From positions 6,634,001-6,698,000 of the forward strand of contig CM022666.1 in the NCBI GenBank assembly GCA_012295275.1: DNA of 64,000 nt, given 5' to 3'. Of this stretch, positions 14,094 through 26,600 are shown in pieces (the stretch's first letter is position 1; each line of letters opens with the position of its first letter). Source of the stretch: Chrysomallon squamiferum. Its lineage: Eukaryota; Animalia; Mollusca. The position numbers and the translations under genes were made by a program. Below the pieces are notes generated by a model, which was not told where the DNA came from, did no database searches, and saw only the letters and a program-made list of their open reading frames with translations.

Positions 14094-17000
14094 GCTGAAT
14101 TAAAGGCACAGATTAATTCATTAATATTATATTTATTTATGTATAAATATCTTCTTTTTGTAGCAAAATATAATTTCATTTTAAAATAGAAAAAGAAAGT
14201 GGTTTTTTGTACCTAAGGTGAACAGTCCCCCAGTTAACTCATTTTCAAGTATGAGTTAATCTGTATTAGCCACTCTGAGGTGGGCAGATAACTCTTTTTC
14301 AAGTAAGAGTTATCCCATGTTAGCCTACCTGAGGTGGGGGTGTCATCACTCACCAGGTGACTCAATGTTGCTGCATTTTAGGAACAATTTTAAAAATTAA
14401 ACTGATAATATTTATAAAAGAATTAAAATATGGTGAGGAATCTTAAAGAAAAGAAAAATAAGAATAAGAAAACAAATTTTGTTTATACTATAAGACACAA
14501 CTAACTTTACCAACATAAATTAAAAAGAAAGCAGTGTTTTCAATACAACATATATTAATATTAAATTTTTTTCATTAAATTTCCTTTTTATCAAATATAA
14601 ATTATGAAATCAAAAAGGTGAAATACATAGTTGATATAATCATTATGTGATTATTACTGAATCAATAATATAATAATTATTTCTTCAAATATAATATTTT
14701 ATTTATTTATTTATTTATTTATTAACTGCTTTATTTATTTACTTATTTAGTTATTTATTTAGTTATTTATACATACTCTTTCCTTTATTTAAACTTATTT
14801 ATATACTTTTATGGCTATTAATTTAATTTATAATTTCATTTATTTATTTACCTACACATAGAGACAACTTCATTCAATCTTTATTTACTTAAAAATTAAT
14901 TTATTTATTCATAAAGATTTACTTATACCAAAATCTTGTTATCATGAAAGAATGTAAATATAATCTTCTTTCTTTTTCAATGTGTTTAATAAAAAATTAT
15001 TTATTTTTGGTTTGATACTTTCTGTTAGATTTTAAATTTTATAATTAATATTTATATTATCCTGCACAATTAAAATGAAGTGACAAAAGAAAAGGTTAAA
15101 AAAGATACAATTGTTGTGTCCTATAATATAAATTAAATTTTGAAGCATCAATCAAAACAAAAAATAAATAAAAAATAAATAAATATAAATTTTTGATGCT
15201 TTTTTTGACGGTTCACCAAAATAATGGAGAACGGAGAATTCTACAGAAACATTTTCCAAGTTTGATTTCCTAGATACCAAATTTGAAATAAACTCCAATC
15301 TGAGAACCTTACACTGACCAGAGGACAGCTAATGTCATGTCATGTGACTTTTCAAATACAGCTAATCTTAACTCTTAAAACTTGTCATTGTCTGTTTGTA
15401 AGTCTCTCATTCAGTGTATTTGTCCTTGTATTTCAGTAAATAGGTGTGACATATTTGTGAATTGTTGTAATGTTTATATCCATGTTTCTACTATAAACAC
15501 ATATAACAAAAACACTTGAATACAAACACATTAAAAAAAACATACAGACACAGACACATCTCCCTAGAAATAACTGAACATAAATACATACAAAGACATT
15601 CAATAAAGATATATAATGACATAAAATAAACAGACATGTGACAAACAAGTTAACACAGAACAAACATGCAGACATTAGACAAGTTAATACAGAACAAACA
15701 TGCAAACATTAGACAAACAAGATAACACAGAACAAACATGCAGACATTAGACAAAGAAGTTAACACAGAACAAACATGCAGACATTAGACAAGTTAATAC
15801 AGAGCAAACATGCAAACAAATATGGACTGACAATACACAAACATATAAATATAAAACAAACATGCAGACACAATACACAAACATATAAACATAAAACAAA
15901 CTTACAGACACAATACACAAATATATAAATATAAGACAAACATACAGGCTCAATACACAAACATATAAATATAAAACAAACATGCAGACACAACACACAA
16001 ACATATAAATATAAAACAAACATACACTCACAATACACAAATATATAAAAATAAATCAAACATACACACACAGTATGCAAACATATAAATATAAAACATA
16101 CAGGCACAATACACAAACAAATAAACATAGAACAAACTTACAGACACAATACACAAACATATAAAAATATAACAAACATACAGACACAATACACAAACAT
16201 ATAAATATAAAACTAACATGCAGACACAATACACAAACATGTAAATATAAAACAAACATACAGACACCATACACAAACATGCAGACATAATAAACACATA
16301 TACAAATATAAAACAAACACGGAGACACAAAACACAAACATAAATAAAAAACAAACATGCAGACACAATACACAAACATATAAATATAAAACAAACATAC
16401 AGACACAATACATACAAACATATAAATATAAAACAGACATGCAGACACAATACACAAACATAAATATAAAACAAACACACAGACACAATACACAAACATA
16501 TAAATGTAAAACAAACATGCAGACACAATACACAAACATATAAATATAAAACATACATACAGACACAATACACAAACATATAAATATAAAATAAACATAC
16601 ACACACAATACACAAACATATAAATATAAAACAAACATGCAGACACAATACACAAACATATAAATATAAAACAAACATGCAGACACAATACACAAACATA
16701 AATATAAAAGAAACATACAGACACAATACACAAACATATAAATATAAAACAAACATATCAATACAATACACACAAACATATAAATATAAAACTAACATGC
16801 AGACACAATACAGAAACATAAATATAAAACAAACATACAGACACAATACACACAAACATATAAACAAAAAACAAACATGCAGACACAATACACGAACATA
16901 TAAATATAAAACAAACATGCATACAAAATACACAAACATATAAATACAAAATACACAAACATATAAATACAAAACAAACATGCAGACACAATACACAAAC

Positions 17001-17897
17001 ATATAAATATAAAACTAACATGCAGACACAATACAGAAACACATAAATATAAAACAAACATACAGACACAATACACACAAACATATAAACAAAAAACAAA
17101 CATGCAGACACAATACACGAACATATAAATATAAAACAAACATGCATACAAAATACACAAACATATAAATACAAAACAAACAAGCAGACACAATACACAA
17201 ACATATAAATATAAAACTAACATGCAGACACAATACAGAAACACATAAATATAAAACAAACATACAGACACAATACACACAAACATATAAACATAAAACA
17301 TGCAGACACAATACACGAACATATAAATATAAAACAAACATGCATACAAAATACACAAACATATAAATACAAAACAAACAAGCAGACACCATACATAAAC
17401 ATATAAATACAAAACAAATATGCAGACACAATACACAAACATATAAATATAAAACAAACATACAGACACAATACACAAACATGCAGACACAATACACAAA
17501 CATAAACATAAAACAAACATGCAGACACAATACAGAAACATAAATATAAACATGGAGACAATACACAAACATATAAACATGGAGACACAATACACAAACA
17601 TATATAAATATAAAACAATCAAACTGTTATCAACTGCAGAGAAAGAGACAGACATACAAATACTGAACAGACATTTCATGGACATAAACATCGGGTTTGA
17701 ATCAGGCAATGTTGTTTTGTTATCGTTTGTTTAAATTATGGTGATTTCACAAAAATAGTCTAATTATTGATGTAGAGTATGTTTCAGCAATTAATCTTGT
17801 ACAAAATATTATTCTGAAATAATAATTTCCTACCTTGAATACTGAAAAATGAAGCAAGTGAAAAAACACATGACAATGAACATGGCTGTCCTCTGAG
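14094..17897 (-). ncRNA. Putative structured repeat-rich lncRNA, copy 1
   Basis: Blocks shared with copies 2 and 3: A 14211-14382, B ~15205-15490, C ~17620-17970. Intron 17833-17634 (AAG|GTAGGA ... TCTCTTTCTCTGCAG). Long-range complementary segments 17885-17895/15319-15329 and 17677-17691/15470-15484. No conserved ORF. Transcript ends are inferred. Confidence 0.5.
15640..17612. repeat. Minisatellite, mainly 40-bp unit ACATATAAATATAAAACAAACATGCAGACACAATACACAA, preceded by a few ~38-bp units
   Basis: Directly visible tandem array; source of the spurious C/V/Y/L-rich ORFs. Confidence 0.95.
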
Positions 17898-17967
17898 TGT
17901 GACGTTATTTCATTATTGACGTCACTGTCGTTATTCTCCGGCTATTTACGACTGTTGTCGAAACAAC
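17897..17967 (-). promoter_or_regulatory. Promoter-like CpG-retaining block of copy 1
   Basis: CRE TGACGTCA at 17917-17924 and X-box-like palindrome GTTGTCGAAACAAC at 17954-17967. The CRE is conserved in copy 2 (28264-28271) and copy 3 (35146-35153, 35163-35170). Confidence 0.5.
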
Positions 17968-18019
<52 letters not shown>

Positions 18020-18279
18020 GAAAGAAGAACAAGACCTACAAAAAAATTGAAAATAATAATAATAATTAATAAAGATTTAATAATTCTTTATTTCCCAAAG
18101 GACAAATTTTCCAGCAATACTTTTTTGTTAGCGCCATTTGAACGACACGTTCTGTTAGTTTTTTGTCACATGCGCTTGTATTTGACAGCATGACACAAAC
18201 ATTCTAATTCGTCAGCAACAGAGATGTCCACGATCAGATTATTGGGTTGGGGGGGGGGTTCCAAGGTGCACGGATCAGC

Positions 18280-18317
<38 letters not shown>

Positions 18318-18569
18318 AAAATGTATTTCAAATGTGACTACCATTCGTTCGCTCAATGATGCCATTCTGACTGTTTCCTTTCCATATAAAATCGTTGTTA
18401 ATGGAAGAAAGACAGCGGGGTTGTTTGTTAGAATACGTTCGTGATAAAGATTTTCATTCTTCTCTGACGGATTATCTTCCCATGACATACTGAGCGATTG
18501 TAAATAGTACCCTTTTTAATTTACTGACTAGTTTTCGTTATCAGCTTTTGTCTGTCCTAGTAGCTAGTT

Positions 18570-18646
<77 letters not shown>

Positions 18647-18964
18647 AAACATGTACGTTTTGTTTCGGGGCTGGGGCCTCATTACCTAAAGCATGATCTA
18701 CCCCTGAATAAATATTTTTTTTCTTACATATACTGAATTTAAAATTAATTCTGATTCGAGCTGTTGATCAAAAGATATGCAAGTATTCTGCAAATAGATC
18801 ATTGTTTAATGTCTGTAGCAGATATAATAATAATAATGACAAAGATGATGATGATAATAATAATAATAATAATAATAATACAGGGAAATCCTTTTATAGA
18901 GGATTATACATTTTTATTGTATGCAGATCTAGTGTTAATGTGTGTGTTGTTTGTGTGTGTGTGT

Positions 18965-18995
<31 letters not shown>

Positions 18996-19115
18996 ATCTT
19001 AAGAGAGAAGTCTACATTCCTGACATTCCAGACATTACACTTAGTGATTTTAAAAAACAAAACTATGCTTATAGTTGTTTATGTCATTTATTTATTTATT
19101 TATTTATTATTAATA

Positions 19116-19170
<55 letters not shown>

Positions 19171-19352
19171 GATGTATGTATTTCAGTTGAAATGAAATAC
19201 TTCATAATAACTTTTATTTAGTTTTGTTTGGTTTTTCTGCCTAAATATAGTAGTGCAAATATTTATTATTTTATTTTGTATTTATAAAGAATTTTTTTTT
19301 TTAGGGAGGGGATATCCCACATTTTTTACTTATTATTATTTTATATTTTTTA

Positions 19353-19404
<52 letters not shown>

Positions 19405-19518
19405 AAATACAATTTGAACTTATTAATGAAATTAAATTTGAAATAATCTCATTTAAAATACATAACTTTATTTATTTTTCAAGCTCACACATTCAGAAAC
19501 GAAAGCAAATTTGAACAC

Positions 19519-19553
<35 letters not shown>

Positions 19554-20348
19554 CAAACAAATCACTTACTATTCATGCTAAAACTGTCCCTTATATTTCA
19601 TAACAATAATTGAATTATAAATACAAAGGTTGGTGACAAATATATTTTATAAAAATTTAAATTATTTATGACAATAATATAAGAAAATGTTAAAAAATAT
19701 ATTTTCAATAATAAAATTAATATATTGTAATACAATTGGCTTGAGTTGAAATGAAACTTTATTAATAATAATTTGAGAGTAACATAAAAATGTTAAGATC
19801 TAATGTTTGCTAATAATAAAGTTCTACGTTAATATAACAAAAAATAAAGAAAATTGCTTTTAGGCTTATTTCTTATTATTATTTTGTTAAATTTCAAAAC
19901 TACAACTAAAAAAAATCAAAATATTCTATCTGCATCATTCATCTGTGATCTTTTCATTATTGTCTCCTTTATTATTAGTAAAGATTGGTCATCAGTAAAG
20001 ATCACTTAAAAATATAGAATATGGATTCAGGGTTTTTTGATAATAAACTCTAGTATCTTAAAAAATAATCTTCAGGAAAAAAATATATTTACATCTGAAA
20101 GCAGTGTTGTACATGAAATATTTAATTTAAAATAAAATTAATAGAAATTAAAATATTCTTTCAGTGACCTTCTGCTTGATGTTTTGATAAAGGACATATT
20201 GATTTTTTTAATGCCAAGAACAAAATACTTTTTTTTTGATAATACCAGTGTTGTGTGATATTGTTGGTATGTTTAATGTATCCCCATTTTGCTTTGTTTT
20301 TATTTTTTCAAATATTTTGTGTATAAGCATGAATTAATTTTATCATAA

Positions 20349-23150
20349 GGGTCATTCCGTGTCAAATCACCCCAAAAAAAAAAGAAATTTAAACCCGACC
20401 GTCTCAGATTTTTATGAAACTTGGTATACTTGTTGACTGGGATCCCACAGCACCAAATCTGAAATGTTAGCTCAATCAGACCAGTGGTGTGGGAGATACG
20501 GCCCACCGAATTTTGAGATTTTTGCCAAAAATGGGTGTGACCACCAACCTTAGAACCCTCATATCTTAGGAACTACTGGGCCAATCTTCACAAAATTGGT
20601 ATTGTTAGAAAGGCAAAATGACAAGGATACCAAATCTGCCATTTTTGTTTAGTTTGGAAAATACTGGAGTACCTTGACCTTTTGACCTTTGCTATGACCT
20701 TGAAATTGACCGTGTGGATCACGTGATCTTGAGATGACCTTTATTGAAATTTAATCTCCCACATGTTAACTAAAACATATAAAAGTTTCCTGGGTGTAAT
20801 ATTTTTTGTTTAGCCACAATATAGATTTAAAAAATGCACATACATGAAAATAACACCTTTTCAGCCATTAACATCTGATTAACTAAAACCTGAATGATCA
20901 ACTCTGGATGCTAGGAATCACCATCTCTCTTGATCATCGAGTAAGACATTGTAGGCCTACATGTATGCATAAAGTTCACATAAATTTGAGAGAACTAGGT
21001 GTTTCTGATGCTTAACCTTCTCACTATGTTTGTTTCAAATGCTCACTGTATCCTTCATTCCCAGACACATTCTACTGTTCTCATCACTTTCATAAAATTG
21101 GATTATTTCCTCCTTCAATTCATTGTCCTTTCAATGGTAAAGGGTGACAAAATCAAGATTTGCACACGCTCTGGGTAGGATTCAGAATTAACATGTCATT
21201 TTAATGTTACTGTAGCTGATGCTAGTTTTTTTCTGTCCTTTCATTCATTTACTGGAATGTGCTAGAGAATGGAGTTTGACAGGAGTTTCGCCTAAACTCG
21301 ACAGAATAGAATTCAAATCAAAGTCCTTTTCTGGGGAAACAACAACCAGCGGTTTGTCTGGCAAGTTATCACCAAATTCTCCCATTGTAATACCACCATC
21401 CTAAAGCCATCCTCTGCAGGACCTTTGATTTCTGAAGGGTAATCAGACAGTCACAGCACAACTTGTCTCCTGGCACTAGTGTCTTTGGAGGATTTACTAA
21501 GCATTTGTAAGTGCCCATGCTAACAATTCTTAAAGATCTAGTGCGTGCTTGCTCAGGGTGGTGATTAAGGGGATCACAACAGTTTTTCTGCAATGTTGAA
21601 AATTTGATGAAAAGTTCTTGTTCGTGATACTCTTGATGTCCCGTGTTTTGATCCCACTTCAAAGAGTGAGGAGTTCGACTTCCTCAGTTTTCCATACACT
21701 TCGCAACAACTCCTTTTTGATATGATGGTGTTGATAACACACATTTTCAGGAGAGTTAAAGCTGCAGTTAGCCCTGGACGAAATAAGGATTTTCAGTATT
21801 GGCCTGCACCTTCAATTCAATAGAACAAAGTCAGTGCTTTCCTAAATATTAAATTAAATCCTGAAACCCTTTCAGTAAAGTTAAGCAGGTCATAAAATGG
21901 CAGCAGAGTACATGTGTTATTGCCAAAGGCCCACAAGTCTTGGGCATTTATGTCAGTCTTCTCAAGTATAAATCACAGTTTATTAAGGTGAAGTAGACCT
22001 TGTTCATACTCTGTGCCGAAGACTGGGTGTACAAATACATTATGCAGTACATCACTTGATGACGTTTGATTTCAGACTGGGTTGTACTGTTGTTGACTGA
22101 AACCTTGTTCAAAGCCAATGGCAAGGCCCACATGACATGATAAAATTACTTAATAGGTTTTATGAAATAAAAATATTGTTTATATATCAACATCTGACAT
22201 TGTGTCCAACTTAAAAAGCTTCAGATTGTCAAAGAAATGCAGATGAAGAAACTTTTTTGTCTTAAACTTCTAATTGCCATGTGCTCAATGGGGATTGCAC
22301 CAGGGAATCTAAAGGAGTTCCTGACCTGTCTGAAGCATCACTTCCTGTTAACCCTTTGAGCCTGACTGTGTAGAACATGTCAGGTGGGTTTTAACTCCAA
22401 AGATAAGTTTTTAGTCTCAGAGAAAATGTACATTGTAATGCATTGTATCAATCATCCATGCAGGTATGCATTTTTTTAAATCTCTATTATGGCTAAACAA
22501 AAAATATTATACCCAGGAAACTTTTATATGTGAACTTTATGCATACATGTAGGCCTACAATGTCTTACTCGATGATCAAGAGAGATGGTGATTCCTAGCA
22601 TCCAGAATTGATCATTCAGGTTTTAGTTAATCAGATGTTAATGGCTGAAAAGGTGTTATTTTCATGTATGTGCATTTTTTAAATCTATATTGTGGCTAAA
22701 CAAAAAATATTACACCCAGGAAACTTTTATATGTTTTAGTTAACATGTGGGAGATTAAATTTCAATAAAGGTCATCTCAAGATCACGTGATCCACACGGT
22801 CAATTTCAAGGTCATAGCAAAGGTCAAAAGGTCAAGGTACTCCAGTATTTTCCAAACTAAACAAAAATGGCAGATTTGGTATCCTTGTCATTTTGCCTTT
22901 CTAACAATACCAATTTTGTGAAGATTGGCCCAGTAGTTCCTAAGATATGAGGGTTCTAAGGTTGGTGGTCACACCCATTTTTGGCAAAAATCTCAAAATT
23001 CGGTGGGCCGTATCTCCCACACCACTGGTCTGATTGAGCTAACATTTCAGATTTGGTGCTGTGGGATCCCAGTCAACAAGTATACCAAGTTTCATAAAAA
23101 TCTGAGACGGTCGGGTTTAAACCATTGGGTGATTTGACACGGAATGACCC
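20349..23150 (-). mobile_element. Internally deleted Sola2-like DNA transposon with ~630-bp terminal inverted repeats (TIRs)
   Basis: TIRs 20349-20982 and 22527-23150 begin GGGTCATTCCGTGTCAAATCACCC. 4-bp TSD ATAA (20345-20348, 23151-23154). Disrupted minus-strand transposase fragments CCDPLNHH...LVPGDKLCCDC, LNSILSSLGETPVKLHS, FYESDENSRMCLGMKDTVS*...HQKHLVLSNL. GRG terminus, 4-bp TSD and long TIRs fit Sola2 as I recall it; the family name needs a database check. Confidence 0.85.
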
Positions 23151-23669
23151 ATAAGCAATATTTTATAAATATTCTCCAGCCATATTAAATGTTTTCAACC
23201 AAAGAAAACAAATAAAAAGAAAATTTTGTTTGTTGCTATGGTAACAGTGTAGATTTGAATGATTAATATTAGTGACCAGTTTCAATTAATCAGATCTGAA
23301 ACATGAAAATATCATCATCATTAGATGATTCTGAACACGGACAGTAGTGCCCCCTTGTGACACTTTTAGAATAATTAGTGACAGCTAAATATTTATAACA
23401 TGTAAATACTTATAAACTACACTACATAATTCATTATGCTTCTCTCAAGGCAATTTAACTCTGGGCTTCCAACATCAAAATGTATTTAATAAAAGACACT
23501 GGAAAAACAAAGATTAAGAATAACAAGTTCTTGTTTTGGGGGCTTTTATTACTTTATTATTATTATTTTTTTTTTTTCACAATTTTTATTAATTATTTTG
23601 ATTTTCTAAGATCATTCTGTGAGATAATTAATTTGTGAAAAACATTAACTTATACGAGTTTTAATGTAT

Positions 23670-26600
23670 TGTGAATTAAAGACAAATCAATTCTTAAATA
23701 TTTTATTTATTTTTACATAAATATGTTATTTTTCTAACAAAATATATTTTTATTTGGAAATAAAAGAAAATATGTTTTCTGAACCTAAGGTGAACAGTCC
23801 CCCAATTAACTCATTTTCAAGTATGAGTTAATCTGTATTAGCCACTCTGAGGTGGGCAGATAACTCTTTTTCAAGTAAGAGTTATCTTCTGTTAGCCTAC
23901 CTGAGGTGGGGGTGTCATCACTCACCAGGTGACTCAATGTTGCTGCATTTTAGGTACAGTTTTAAAAATTAAACAAATAATATTTATAAAAGAATTAAAA
24001 TATGGTGAGGAATCTTAAGAAAAAGAAAATTAAGAAATAAAAGAAATTTTGTTTATAAGACACAACAAATTGTTTGAACATAAATTTGAAAGAAAATACT
24101 ATTTTCAATACATCAAATAATAAAAGTTATTTAAAATTTTTAAATTTACTTTTTATCTAATATAAAGTAGGAAACAAAAAAGTTGAAACTAATTAATTTA
24201 TAAAGTTATTAACACATTTATTATTTATTTATTTATTAATACACATTGTTTCCTTTATTTATTTATTTTTTAATATTGTTAGTTTTAATTTAATTTATAA
24301 TTTAATTTATTTATTTACATGCAAATCCTTTCATCTAGTTATTTATTTACTTAAATACCCATTTATTTGTTTGTTTTTCACTGGTTTATAAACATTTGTT
24401 TATTCATACTTAAATATTAACATGAAAAAAATATTTTAAAAATAAACTATTTTGTATAATTTCATGATTATTTATTTTTAGTTTGATACCTTCTTTTGCA
24501 TATTTATATTATGCCTCACACAAACAACGAAGTGATAAAAAAGAGATTAAAAAGATACAATTTTTGTGTCCTATAATTTATGCAAGATTTTGAAGCATCT
24601 ATCAAAACAAAAAAAAAAAATAAATAAATACAAATTTTTGATGCAAATTTTGACGGTTCACCAAAATAATGGAGATCGGAGAATTCTACAGTAAAATTTG
24701 CCAAGTTTGATTTCCTAGATACCAAATTTGAAATAAACTCCAATCTGAGAACCTTACACTGACCAGAGGACAGCTGATGTCATGTCATGTGACTTTTCAG
24801 TTACAACTAATCTTAGGTCTTAAAACTAGTCATTGTTTGTTTGTAGGTCTCTAATTCAGTGTATTTATCCTTGTATCTCAGTAAATAGGTGTGACATATT
24901 TGTGAATTGTTGTAATGTTTATATCCATGTTTCTCCTATAAACACATATAACAAAAACACTTGAATACAAACACATTAAAAAAAACATAAATACATACAA
25001 ACACATTCGATAAAGAGATATAATGACATAAAATAAACAGACAATAAATAGACAAAGAAGTTAACACAGAGCAAACATGCAGACATTAGACAAATAAGTT
25101 AACTTAGAACAAACATGCAGACATTAGACAAGTTAATACAGAACAAACATGCAAACAAATATGGACTGACAATACACAAACATATAAATATAAAACAAAC
25201 ATGCAGACACAACACACAAACATATAAATATAAAATAAAATACAGACACAATACACTAACATAAATATAAAACAAAATACAGACACAATACACAAACAGA
25301 AACAAAACAAACATGCAGACACAATACACAAACATATAAATATAAAACAAACATACACACACAACATACAAACATATAAATATAAAACAAAATACAGACA
25401 CAATACACAAACATATAAATATAAAACAAAATACAGACACAATACACAAACATATAATATAAAACAAAATACAGACACAATACACAAACATATACATATA
25501 AAACAAACCTGGAGACACAACACACAACCATATACATATAAAACAAAATACAGACACAATACACAAACATATAATATAAAACAAATATACAGCCACAATA
25601 CACAAACATAAAACAAACATGCAGACACAATATACAACATAAACAAAACAAACATGCAGACACAACACACAAACATATAAATATAAAACAAAATACAGAC
25701 ACAATACACAAACATATAAATATAAAACAAACATGCAGACACAACACACAAACATATAAATATAAAACGAACATGGAGACACAATACCAAACATTCAGAC
25801 ACAATACACAAACATATAAATATAAAACAAACATGCAGACACAACACACAAACATATAAATATAAAACAAACATGCAGATACAACACACAAACATATAAA
25901 TATAAAACAAACATGGTGACACAATACACAAACATATAAATATAAAACTAACATGCAGACACAATACACAAACATATAAACATAAAACAAACATGCAGAC
26001 ACAATACACAAACATATAAATGTAAAACAAACCTACACACACAATACACAAACATATAATATAAAACAAATATACCGCCACAATACACAAACATAAAACA
26101 GACATGCAGACACAATACAAAACATAAACAAAACAAACATGCAGACACAACACACTAACATATAAATATAAAACAAAATACAGACACAATACACAAACAT
26201 ATAATATAAAACAAACTTACAGACACAATATACAAATATATAAATATAAAACAAACATACAGACACAATACACAAACATATAAACATAAAACAAACATAC
26301 AGACACAATACACAAACATAAATATAAAACAAATATACACAAACATATAAACATAAAACAAACTTACAGACACAATACACACATATACATATAAAACAAA
26401 CATGCAGACACAATACACAAACATATAAATGTAAAACAAACCTACACACACAATACACAAACATATAATATAAAACAAATATACCGCCACAATACACAAA
26501 CATAAAACAGACATGCAGACACAATACAAAACATAAACAAAACAAACATGCAGACACAACACACATACATATAAATATAAAAGAAGATGCAGACACAATA

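Noticed and set aside
14211-14358. HDV-like, hammerhead or twister ribozyme; C/D or H/ACA snoRNA; IRE
   Set aside because: GGCTAA resembles HDV J4/2 but no covarying P2 partner exists. No CUGANGA/GAAA core. TGATGA lacks a matching terminal D box, ACA is not conserved, and the loop is not CAGUGN.
17834-17883. Signal-peptide-like MFIVMCFFTCFIFQYS with GCCATG context
   Set aside because: Stop immediately after the splice junction, and the ATG is ATA in copy 3; at most a short non-conserved ORF.
15200-17900. Telomerase RNA (5' P1-like clamp)
   Set aside because: No CTAACCCTAA-type template found in any copy and no convincing CR4/5 or H/ACA domain.
24516-24743. ORF MEFISNLVSRKSNLANF... repeated at 32496-32747
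   Set aside because: TTG start, the copy-1 differences are all non-synonymous in this frame, and the C-termini diverge; better explained as RNA-level conservation.
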